From: Octopus vulgaris
Lineage: Eukaryota
DNA: 64,000 nt
Reading direction: 5' to 3'
Assembly (NCBI GenBank): GCA_951406725.2
Contig: OX597821.1
Coordinates: forward strand, 76,694,001 to 76,758,000
Shown: piece after piece, positions 13,930-26,736 of the stretch
Layout of the letters: each line of letters begins with the position of its first letter
Numbering within the stretch: the stretch's first letter is position 1
Made by a program: the position numbers and the translations under genes
Notes under the pieces: generated by a model
Seen by the model: the letters and a program-made list of their open reading frames with translations, nothing else
Database searches by the model: none
Told to the model about the DNA's origin: nothing

Positions 13930-14541
13930 TATTACCTTGCTTGTTTCAGTTTTCGAACACTTGTGAATTTAAGTCAGCAAACGATGTTAAGAATTGTACA
14001 AAAGTGAAGTTAAAAGAGTTGCCAATCTGTGGAGTGAGTAACCTGATGCATCTGAACAAAGAATATGTCATAGTAACTAAAGTAAGTCTATTCCTTCTAG
14101 TTACTACTGTAAAGATTTTACACACATACACACACACACTCACACACATATATTTATATATATATATAAATAATAAGCAGAAAACAGATGTGGCATCCAA
14201 AGCTTTGTTGGACACATACGTGTTTCAGTAAAACGCTGAAATAATTACATAATCAGGATAGAAACATTATGCAGTTATACGTTCATCTCATCAGTGCCCT
14301 AATAAATACTACAATCGATGTTGAAGCTCCGAATATTTGTGCCTTATCCCTCTTTATGCAAATAACCAACTACCTCTCATGTCACATAAAATGGCAGACA
14401 AAGCATTTTACCAAAGGAAATCCTAACAATACCACACCTTCAAACCAAATAAATATGACCAGAGAGAGAGAGAAAGGGGAAGAGTAAAAGAGAGAACAGT
14501 AAGTGAAAATTTGTAAAATCTCTTTATCTCTCTATCTCCCT

Positions 14542-14574
<33 letters not shown>

Positions 14575-15070
14575 ATAATAATAATTATAATAATAATAAT
14601 AGGAGTATAACTCCAAACTTACAGGGAAAAATGCAATTTAGTATTAAATCAAATTTCACAATATAACTATATAATATATATAAATTAGAGAAAAACCACT
14701 ATTAATCAATTCAAACAATGATAGACATAAACCAAATCATAAATAAAAAATAAAATATATTTTTTTTCAAAACATGGCTTGATCACAAAAAGTACAAAAA
14801 TGAATAATCAATATATAATAAGTTTATTATTATATATGATAATATATATAATAATATGTAATAACTTATTATATACTCTTTTACTTGTTTTAGTCATTTG
14901 ACTGCGGCCATGCTGGAGCACCGCCTTTTAGTCGAGTAAAATCGATCCCGGGACTTATTCTTTGTAAGACCAGTACTTATTCTATCGGTCTCTTTTGCCA
15001 AACCGTTAAGTGACGGGGACGTAAACACACCAGCATCGGTTGTCAAGCAATGCTAGAGGGACAAACACAG

Positions 15071-15103
<33 letters not shown>

Positions 15104-18100
15104 CATATATACGACGGGCTTCTTTCAGTTTCCGTCTACCAAATCCACTCACAAGGCTTTGGTCGGCGAGGCTAGAGCAGAAGACACTTGCAAAAGATGC
15201 CACGCAGTGGGACTGAACCCGGAACCATGTGGTTGGTTAGCAAGCTACTTACCACACAGCCACTCCTGCGCCTGATATAGATAAATATTTTTTTAAATAT
15301 TCAGAGATTAAGCAATAATAATAGTAATAACAATTTCATATTTTGGCACAAGGCCAGTAATTTCAGAGAAGGGGTAAGTCGATTATATTGACCCCAGTGC
15401 TTGACTGGTACTTATTTTATCGATCCCATGTGGTTGGTTAGCAAGCTACTTACCACACAGCCACTCCTGCGCCTATATTGATTATTCATTTTTATACTTT
15501 TTGTGATCTAGCTATGTTTTGAAAAAAAAAAAATTTTATTTTTTATTTAGGATTTGGTTTATGTCTATCATTGTTTAAATTGCTTAATATATATATATAT
15601 ACATTTGCCGTTGTCATTTGTTATTCCAGTGCCAGAATGTTCAGCATCAGCAGAATTATTTGAGCGAATGTTTCACTGTTCTAAAGAAGATTGGTTCCCT
15701 CCAGTATCAGTACATTATCCCAATTAACTGGATTATCCTAAACAGAAACGAACTTTATTTTTGTTCCAAGTTCTATTGTGGTATGTATCACACATCATCT
15801 TATCCATATTTTTTCTTCTCATCTTAGCAACGTGTCAACTATGTTTTGCATCTTCCACCTGGTGTCTTCCCAACACCGCTTGGTGTTTTTACGTCTCCTT
15901 AACGTAGCGGTTCGACCAGGCTTAAGAAGAAATGCACTGGGGTCGATTAGTTCTACTCAAAAAGTCGGTGCCCCAGCATGGCCGCAGTTTCATGACTGAA
16001 ACAAGTAAAAGAATAAAAGATAAATAGTAACTGCAGAGTAAAAATATGTCAGGGGAGAGAAGCATGTATGGCAGTGTTAGAAGATTTGAAACGACAAACT
16101 GTGTTACCTCCCCTTTACTTATATATTTTCAAAAGTCGCAGAAACCGTGTGGTTGCAAAGCAGGTTTCTTTCCGTACAGCAACACCCGTGCCCACTACTA
16201 AATGTATTTGATTCTTGCACTTTAAAGAAATATTTGATGAAATATGTGAAGCAAGTGAAGAAAAATCTGGAAAATTGTCTTTTGCAAAAAGGTGTCTAAG
16301 AGTGCCTCCGTTTATAATAATAATAATAATGAAATTATTGTATACAGTGCTCAGGTGCACCACAACTTGTCAAAAGTGCATATGAAGCATATGCAGTAAT
16401 GTACAAATGTCTGGGAAGTGAACAGTGTATGAGTCAGGTTCATACCTGCGTGTGTATGAAGGCGTGTAGTGTTGGCGAATCTCAGGAAGTATGGAAGTTT
16501 TGAAGGATGCAGTGCTTCGACAGCTAACAACTGATACCGGCAGTTTGTTCCTTAGCGTGAAAAAATGTTTCCGAAAATCATGGGAGCTGTGCTGTTTTCT
16601 GACTTTGTAAACATGTCCACGGGTGTTAGAGAGGTGGAGTTTCACACAACTCAGAGAAAGTCTTTGCAAAGCTGTTGAAGTCATAGAATTTTGAGTGGAT
16701 AAACCTGTTTCCCATGTTTAAATAGTTAAAGTCATATGTGTCTTTCAACGTTTTAGGAACAATATGAAAAGTCCCAAACCTGGCCAGTGGATTAATGGAA
16801 CTATTACAGAATAGGGGAAGGTGCCTTGCAGCATCTCTTCTGGTTCTTTGTATTCTGACAGCAGTTCCTGAAATGACCCTGATGCTAAAGTCTATCAGCT
16901 TAAGGCAGCGGTGTTTTTTATTTTAGATAAACATCAGAGATAGGGGGTGATTGTGTGCTTGGGCAACTGGTGTTTTTGTCAAAAAACCTTATTCAGAATC
17001 CATAACAGTAATCACAAACAACAACAATGTAGGGTATATTCATTCATCATCATCATCGTTTAACGTCTGTTTTCCATGCTAGCATGGGTTGGACGGTTTG
17101 ACTGGGGTCTGGGAAGCTAGGAGGCTGCACCAAGCTCCAGTCTGATCTGGCAGTGTTTCTACAGCTGGATGCCCTTCCTAACGCCAACCACTCCATGAAT
17201 GTAGTGGGTGCTTTTTACGTGCCACTGGCAGAGGGGCCAGAGGAGGCTGGCAATGTTCACAATCGGTTGGTGCTTTTTATGTGCCACCGGCATGGACGCC
17301 AGCGAAGGCAGCGCTGGCATCAACAACGTTCAGACGGTGCTTTTTACATGCCACCGACACGGGTATCACAACTACAATTTCCATTTGATATTTATTTTGA
17401 TGTTGATGTACTTGACTCAATAGGTCTCCTCAAGCACACCGGGTCACCCTACGATCCAAGATAAGCACAGCAGGCCGTCCTGTGAGCCATGAATTCACTT
17501 CATTTATCGGGTCTTCGTTGTTAATTTTATTAGGTTGGTACTCAAAGGAGGAAAAATGTTACAAAGTTAAAATCATAGAGTTTCATGTTTAATGCTTTGG
17601 ACATAATCCTTTGTCAGATACACAAAGAAAATCCTAGGAAAGAGGAGAAAGAATGGGGGGAAAAAAGATAAGAAAAGAAGAGAAATTCTGAATGATGGAG
17701 GCTGTAGAAATGTGTAATAAATTGGTAGAAATATTAATCTTTTATTCTTTTATGCATTTTGGCCCAAAAGACTGGCTCAGCTGGAGCACCACATGCAGAA
17801 TGATATTTTAGAATAACTTTATATTTGTTTCATATATTGTTTGGACTTAGGAGCAGCGTAACCCTCAACAAACCCATATGTGTACCTAGAGATGTTCCTT
17901 AACAGTTTCTTACACTCTTATGGAACATCCTCCTGGCTCCAATACATCTCCAACACCATCTATTTTTCTCTCTCCTATCCTGGCTGTCTCTTTATTTTTC
18001 CTGAACTCTCTCCCATTCCTCTGGGCTAGCAAAGTATTCCCTCTATAGCAAGACAATTATTTCTGCCCCACTTTCTATTCCAGCCTCTCACCTGGATCAC

Positions 18101-21100
18101 AGACACTTTCCTCAGTTTCACACTACCCCACCCCACTCTCTCAGCTGAGATGACTTTGTCTTGCAAGCTACTTGGTAACTCCACTGGTGCCACATAAAAG
18201 CACTCTGTAAAGTGGTTGGCATCAGGAAGGGCATCGAGCCATAGAAACCCTGCCAAAACACACAAACGAAGCCTGGTGTAGTTCTCCAGCCTATCAGCAC
18301 TTGTTGAACTGTCCAACCCATGCCAGCATGGAAAATGGACGTTAAATGATGATGTTGTTGATGATGATGATGATGATGATGATGATGACACAGTTGGCAT
18401 TTTTAGTCCATCTACCAAGTCTAATCACAAGGCATTGGTCGGTCTGTGACTATTGGAGATACTTGTGCAGTGCTGAGCAGTGAAACTGCACCTGGCATTT
18501 ATATGTATGTATGTGTGCGTGCATGTTTGTATGTATGTATGTATGTATGTATGTATGCATACATACATACAATTACTTATTTTATTGTTTAACATTTAGG
18601 TCATAAGGTCACAAATTTGTAAAAAACCCATGCTAGCATGGGAAACGGACGTTAAACGATGATGATGAAGGTATTCGTTTGTAGAATTGAACCAGTTTAT
18701 GATAGATTCTTATTTTCTTGGACACTGTCTCTTCCTGGAGATGTGTGTGATAGGATGGCATCTGTGCAAATAAAAGAGTGAAGTCAACTCTAGTGGATTA
18801 TGAACTTGCAATACAGAGTAGCAGTAGAGGCATCTGACTTAGTGGTTAGGGTGTCAGCATTGTGATGGTAAGATTGTGGTTTCCATTCCTGGACCGGGTG
18901 ACGCATTGTGTTCTTGAGCAAAACACTTCATTTCATGTTGCTCCCGTCCACTCAGCTGGCAAAAATGAGTAACGCTGCGATGGACTGGTGTCCTGTCCAG
19001 CTGGGGAACACATATGCCATGGAAACTGGGAAACCGGGCCCATGAGCCTGGTTAAGCTTTAAAAGGGCACATAGTGGAGGCGTGTGGCTTAGTAGTTAGG
19101 GTGTTGAACTCATGATCATAAGGTTGTGGTTTTGATTCCTGGACCGGGCTATGTGTCGTGTTCTTGAGCAAAACCCTTCTTTTCACGCTGCTCCAGTCCA
19201 CTCAGCTGGCAAAAATGAATAATCCTGCAACGGACCGGCGTCCCGTCCAGGTGGGGAATTTCTACGCCACTGAAACCAGAAACCGGCCCTTATGAGCCTG
19301 GCATGGCTTGAGAATGGGCATTTGGAGGCATATTGGCCCAGTGGTTAGGGCAGCGGACTCGCAGTCGGTTGATCGCGGTTTTGATTCCCAGACCGGGCGT
19401 TGTGTGTGTTTATTGAGCGAAAACACCTAAAAGCTCCAAGAAGCTCCTGTAGGGGGTGGTGGCGACCCCTGTTATACTCTTTCGCCACAACTTTCTCTCA
19501 CTCTCTCTTCCTGTTTCTTGAGTAATGCTGTGATGGACTGGCGTCCCGTCCAGCTGGGGGGAACACATACGCCACAGAAACCGGGTCCATGAGCCTGGCT
19601 AGGCTTGAAAAGGGCGAAAAAACGAAATATAGAGTAGCAGAACATGGCAACATGCTAAATAAATATGATAGGATGATGGTGACAGTTGCTTGATAGCTTG
19701 TTAACTTAATTAAGATCTTCAGCCTGTGTGTGTGTTACATATAAATATGAAGATCGTTGTTTATTTGTATATATTTATGTTTTATTCCTGTTGCAGAACC
19801 ATTACACAGAAAACTTAATGCTTTATACGCTGCTGAAATAAAAGACATAATCTTAAAATTAATCGAAGCTGCCAAATACCTCAATGAAAATGGAATCTTA
19901 TTTCTAGCTTGGACATGTAAGTCTTTGAATTGAATTTCATTTATACATTCAATTATTTGAATCTGGTTGCCATCATTGCAGAAGTTTCATAGCTAGCATA
20001 TACACAATAGATGTGTGTGTGTGTGTGTATAATATAATATACATACAGCCTTGGTGTTTTATCTTATTACGCAAAAAATTCTTATACACACACGCTGACA
20101 TAGAACCAACGTTAAACCCTTTATTCGCAATATTACCGAATCTGGAACTTAACTATGGTCTGTCTATAGCACTTATTCAGCATTACCTGACACCTTTGGG
20201 TCTCAATGACAACATTATCTCTTGTAACCTCAACTATATATATATCTCTATATAAACGGCAGTTTGACTGTCTGTGTGTCTGTCAGGTTGTACCCTCACC
20301 CTGACTACAGCTTTCAACCGATTCTGATGAAACTTGACACACACATAGCCCAATGTCATAATTCAAAACTAACGCAGCGAAAATTTTGAAAAGTTCCCCC
20401 AGTTCTGAAAAAATCGATAAATTCGACACGGGGTCAAGAATCTAAGCTTTTTATATTCAACACATTTTCTGTTGTAGTTTTCGCAACTTGCAATCGATTT
20501 TCACCAAACTCATGGTGAAGCTTAATGTTACCCTAAGAAACTTAATTCTGATGTTAGTTTTCCATGCAATACCTTACCATCAGAAAAAATCGATAAAATC
20601 ATGCCATTTTGGAAAATCGCGTTTTCACAAATTGGCAGGAAATTAGAGGGAAAGGACTAGATTGGGATTAGTCGTTGCCTACTAGGGGCTCTTACATACC
20701 CGGGCAACGCCGGGCTATGCTGCTAGTATATATATATGCTTTCGGTGATAATGGATTTTTATACAGTGCTGTTTTTACAATCCTGTAAATAATAATAATG
20801 ATATTTTTATATTAGCTTATAGCATTCACCGTGCAATGACTAAGGAAAATAGTCTAATAAAAGGACATATAAGCCCTCGACAGAAAAAAGAAGGCTTTCA
20901 TATCTGCTTGGGAGTTGAACCTACATCCCTTTGTTAATGCGTGTTACCTTTACATATATATATAGTTTCATCCTTTTGGGGTCAATAAATTAAGTACCAG
21001 TGAAACTATATTATCAACTAGTCCCCTGCCCCAAAATTCCAGGCCTTGTGCCTTTAGTAGAAAGGATATATATAGTTACGGAGATACTATTTGGGATTCT

Positions 21101-21765
21101 TATCATTACAGTCATTCTGAAACTGATCTGTTTAACTTTGTGGTTTTTCAGCTAATAATTTATTATTGAATGAGAAAGGAATTCCACAGTTAACGAACTT
21201 TCACCTGGGAGCTTCTCTCACTTCACACCTGAACATAAAAACAACACAGAATCTAGTATTCCCAACAATTTTGCCCCCAGAAGTAAGTATTCTTTGATTT
21301 GTTGAGAATATTTAAAATCTTTTATCTTTTACTTGTTTCAGTTATTGGACAGCGACCATGCTGAAGCACCACTTTGAACAAATCTATGCCAGTAGTTATT
21401 TTAAGTCTAGTACTTATTCTGTCAGTCTCTATTTGCCAAACCGATAAGTTATGGTGATGTAAACAAACCAACACTGGTTGTGAAGCAGTAGTGAGAGACA
21501 AACACAAAGACACATATATAAATATATTTAAAAAAATATTAATAGGCACAAGGGTGGCTGTGTAGTAAGAATACATCTTTTCCAGCTGGTTAATGACACA
21601 CAACCTGTGTCTGGTATCTTGTGAGAAAGGGAGCCAACTACTCCCCTCTAGCTTTATCAGGACCAGTAGGACATGGTTTCTAGGTCTTTTCCCATCTTCA
21701 GTAGCAGATACCTGCTGGCTAGAGTTGGCAGTTGGTCAACCTTCTTCAGAATATATAAACACACG

Positions 21766-21797
<32 letters not shown>

Positions 21798-24700
21798 CAT
21801 GTATACACACATATACACATATCATTTAATGTCCCCTTTGCCATGCTGGTATGGTTTGAAAGTAACTGACAATCTCAGAGGTTAGCTCCTAGTTCCAATG
21901 TCAGTTTTGGCTAGGTGTCCTTTACAGAGTGCATTGCACCACCACTGACAAGATCTCTAAGTAACTAGCCTCATTTCTCTCCAGTCTTTGCAAGCTCTTT
22001 GCATTCAGAGTCCATGTCTCACCACCATGGAGCGTAGCCGTTCATACACAAGTACCATACAACCCGACCTTTGCTCTTTGTTAGAGCCCATTGTCACTCC
22101 ACCTCATCGCCAACAAAGATAATAGTTCTTGGAATCCATCCTATTCTTATTCCAGCAACCGTACCTTCAAACTGCCCTTCTCCATTGCCAATTTGATCAT
22201 TTAGGAAACAGAAACCATCCACAATCTCTAGGGATCCACCTGGGCATTTGAGGAAATCTAATCCCTGTCTGTCCCAGTGTCTATTGCTCCTGCACATTTA
22301 CCACATGCAAAAACGACTGTCATTGTTGACCCACCTGTGACTCCACTGCACCTCCCATATGTCTATAGCTTGCACTGGGGTGCACCAAATAGAATTTCTT
22401 CAAACACATGGTTCCAGGTTCAGTCCCACTGTGTGGCACCTTGGGCAAGTGTCTTCTACTATAGTCTTGGGCTGACCAAAGCCTTGTGAGTGGATTTGGT
22501 AGATGGAAACTGAAAGAAGCCCATCGTATATATGTATGTATATATGTATATATATATGTATTTATGTGTGTGTGTCTGTGTTTGTCCCCCCAACATCGCT
22601 TGATAACCAATGCTGGTGTGTTTACATCCCTGTAACCTAGTGGTTTGGCAAAAGACACCGATAGAATAAGTATTAGGCTTACAAAGAATAAGTCCTGGGG
22701 TTGATTTGCTCAACTAAAGGCGGTGCTCCAGCATGGCCGCAGTGAAATGACTGAAACAAATAAAAGAGTAAAGAGTATATATTGAGCAATGTCATTCACC
22801 TGATAGAAAGAAAGTCTTATCTGCTTTCTTGCTAACAGCAACAGCTTTGGTCCTTGCCAGGGCCAAATTTAAGGTCCTTTGATTCCAGGTTCTGCTTCTA
22901 CATCTGGAATTTCATTTCCAATTCTCTTACCTGCTGTCCAATCATTAAAACAGGTAAAAAATGACATGTACATACTTTTAATCTTCTATCACCAGGTGGT
23001 GCTATTAAGTTAGACATGACCTGGGCCAATACTGGCCAAAACCTTTCTAAGTTATTATCTCCTGCTTGTTTCAGTCATCAGACTATGGTCATGCTGGAGT
23101 ACTCTCTGGAAGGGTTTCATTGAACAAATCCACCCATGTACTTATTTTTTTAAAAAATCCTAGTGCTTATTCATTTGTATATGTGTTTTGATTTCTTTCT
23201 ATTTTTTTCTCGCTTAGCCACTAAATTGTGGGGACGTAAACAAACCAACACTGTCAAATGGTTGTGTGGGACAATTTGTTGCTTGGTTTATTACTGTACG
23301 ATTTATCAACATGCTAACAAACACACACAGACATTGAAGGAAAGCCAAGTGCATACCGTAAATCCTCGAGTATAGTCCGCCCTTGAGTATAATACACAGG
23401 GGATTTTTAGGGGGCTGCACCTCTGAAAAACCTAAACCTTGTGTATAATACGCACCCTTTCTCTAACTTGAGTCAAGGAGGTCTATAGAACGTCCTTGGT
23501 TTGTAAAAATGTATACGCTAACGTCCTTTATTATTATTCTATATATAACATAAGGCAAACGTGTAGCTTTTTTGAGCATTTTGTTTGCAGAAAATAAAGA
23601 AATAACAGTAATAACGTTTAATAAAAGTTGCTTACTGAAAGTTATGGATGATTTAAGGTATTTTCGCGCCCGACATCACAAAATGCGTCTGAATAAACAT
23701 TGCCGGACAGCAAATAGAGACTCGGACGTTACTTAAAAAATAATTTTCATTTTTAACCTCGTATATAGTACGCACTAGGGATTTTTGCCGTTAAATTTTT
23801 TTTGGGGGGGAAATGCGGATTATACTCGAAGATTTACGGTAATTGCGTAGAAATCGATCGGAAAAGTGAAAACATATTTTAGAAAGAACGTCAATCCGCC
23901 AACGTTCGACTTTATTTGGCAACTAATAGTGAGTTACCTCCCTTACATCGTACGCTGCGTTACAATGTTTAATAGACAAAATTATATATTTTTTTCTACT
24001 TCGAAATTTTGGGGGAGTGGGGCAGTCGATTATATCGACCCCAGTACGCAACTGGTACTTAATTTATCGACCCCGAAAGAATGAAAGGTAAAGTCGACAT
24101 CGGCGGGATTTGAACTCAGAACGTAACGGCAGACGAGATACCTATTTCTTTACTACCCACAAGGAGATGAACACAGAGAGGATAAACAAGGACAGACAAA
24201 CGGATTAAGTCGATTTCATCGACCCCAGTGCGTAACTGGTACTTATTTAATCGACCCCGAAAGGATGAAAAACAAAGTCGACCTCGGCGGAATTTGAACT
24301 CAGACCGTAGCGGCAGATGAAATACCGCTAAGCATTTCACCCGGCGTGCTAACGATTCTGCCAGCTCGCCGCCTTTATATTATATATTATTACTAATGAG
24401 GAAACGTTTATTATTTTTATAGTTTCGATTTAATTATAATTATTTCAATTTATTATTTTTACAGTTTCGATTTAATTATGATCATTTCAATAATGCTGAT
24501 GTCTGGGGTATTTGCTGCTTGCTGAAGGAGCTCCTCTCGAAAGTTGTAGTCCATGATGACCTTATACACTTGCCACGGGAGGAAGTGTGGAGCGAGGTAA
24601 ATATACAGCTGATATCTTTTTATTGTGTATCTTTTACTTGTGTCAATCATTATACTGTGGCCATGCTGCGGCACCACTCTGATGATGTTTTGTCAAATGA

Positions 24701-25810
24701 ATTGACCCTAGGACTTTTTAGTTTTCCTGTAAGCCTTGGTACTTATTCTATCAGTCTCTTTTGCTGAACTGCTAAGTTACAGGGACATAAACTAACCAGC
24801 ATAGGTTGTCAAGCAGTGGTATGGGACAGACACAAACACGCACATCGATACGTATGTATCTCTTTTACTCTTTTACTTGTTTCAGTCATTTGACTGCGGC
24901 CATGCTGGAGTACCACCTTTTTTAGTCGAGCAAATCAACCCCAGAACTTATTCTTTGTAAGCCTAGTACTTATTCTATCAGTCTCGCTTGCCGAACCACT
25001 AAGTTACGGGGACATAAACACACCACCATCGGTTGTCAAGCGATGTTGGGGGGGACAAGCACAGACACAGAAACATATACACACACATACATACATATAT
25101 GTATATATACATATCATCATCATCATCATCGTTTAGTGTCCGCTTTCCATGCTAGCATGGGTTGGACGGTTCAACTAGGGTCTGGGAAGCCAGAAGGCTG
25201 CACCAGGCCCAGTCCGATCTGGAAATGTTTCTATGGCTGGATGCCCTTCCTAACGCCAACCACTCCGTGAGTGTAGTGGGTGCTTTTTACGTGCCACTGG
25301 CACAGGTGCCAGATGAGGCTGGCAAACGGCCATGATCGATGGTGCGCTTCTTTCAGTTTCCATCTACCAAATCCACTCACAAGACTTTGGTTGGCCTGAG
25401 GCTATAGTAGAAAACACTTACCCAAGGTGACTTGCAGTGGGACTGAACCTGGAACCATGTGGTTCGTAAGCAAGCTACTTACCACACAGCCACTCCTGCG
25501 CCTATAAACGAGTTTCTTTCAGTTTCCTTCTACCAAATCCACTCACAGGGCTTTGATTGGTTCAGGGTTATTGTGGAATACCCTTCCCCGAGGTGTTGTG
25601 CAGTGGGACTGAACCTGGAACCATGTGATTGAGAAGCAAACTTCTCACCGCACAGCCATGCCTATACCTGTCATAAATTTAAAAAGAGAAAAAGTACTGG
25701 GGTCACTTCATTCATCTAAACCCTTCAAGGTAATGCCCCAGCATGGCCACTGTCTGAAGACTAAAACAAGTGAAAGGTCAAAGATATATATGCAATGTGT
25801 TCTTCTTCAC

Positions 25811-25848
<38 letters not shown>

Positions 25849-26454
25849 GGAGCCTGGTGCAGCTTCTGGCTTGCCAGCCCTTAGTCAAACCGTCCAAAAC
25901 ATGCCAGCATGGAAAACGGACATTAAACGATGATGATGATTATAGTTATCAAACATACATAAATGTATGTACACTGATGATAGGCCAGTTCCTGTTGTAT
26001 TTTTCCTAATATAACATCTCTTCTGGATTTGATTACATCAACTCCAGTGCGTAACTGGTACTTATTTTATTGACCCAAAAAGGATGAAAGGCAAAGTTGA
26101 CGTTGGCAGAATTTGAACTCACAATGTAGTGGGAGACGAAATACCGCTAAGCATTTTGCTTGGCATGCTAACGATTCTGCCAACTGACCATTTTAAATGT
26201 GCCCAAAATAATATCCCTTTTGTTTTAGAACCACCAATGTATTATGCCTTTTAAAAAGATTTTTATCAACTCTGTTCCCACCGTTCTATATTTAAGAGAT
26301 GAGGAATTATGTACATTATTTACATTTGACGGATATTTGCCCTCATCTTGTTTGTTCTTAACACAATGTTTTGGCTGATATATCCTCCAACCTGTTTTGG
26401 GGAAATTTCAAACCTGGGTTCTCATCCCTAAGGTATTTTTCGATGTTATTATTA

Positions 26455-26534
<80 letters not shown>

Positions 26535-26691
26535 GTTATTATTCAGGTCACTGCTTGAATTTAACTCGGAATCTTGGGGTTAGTAGCCCGCGCTCTTAAC
26601 CAATACACCATATGCCCATGGGCCATGGTTAAGAGCGCAGGCTACTAACCCCAAGATTCCAAGTTCGATTCCAGGAAGTGACCTGAATAAC

Positions 26692-26736
<45 letters not shown>

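Noticed and set aside
13740-13949. Poly-His/poly-Tyr N-terminal part of the 163-aa ORF
   Set aside because: (CAT)n/(TAT)n intronic microsatellite upstream of the true acceptor at 13950.
16228-16291. Exon-like purine-rich stretch (EIFDEICEASEEKSGKLSFAK)
   Set aside because: 64 nt would shift the frame, donor is weak, and the kinase hinge is already contiguous without it.
22889-22953. AG...GT bounded candidate exon
   Set aside because: Stop codon in the required phase 0; PPE-to-DVW spacing is normal without it.
26229-26279. Candidate exon (NHQCIMPFKKIFINSVP) seemingly disrupted by the palindromic insertion
   Set aside because: The reconstructed pre-insertion version ends in phase 1 with an intron of about 47 nt and would stop in the next exon; 24596 joins 27431 directly in frame.
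26545-26690. Functional tRNA genes
   Set aside because: No proper acceptor stem or T-run terminator; these are tRNA-derived element heads, as are the other A/B-box sequences in the window.
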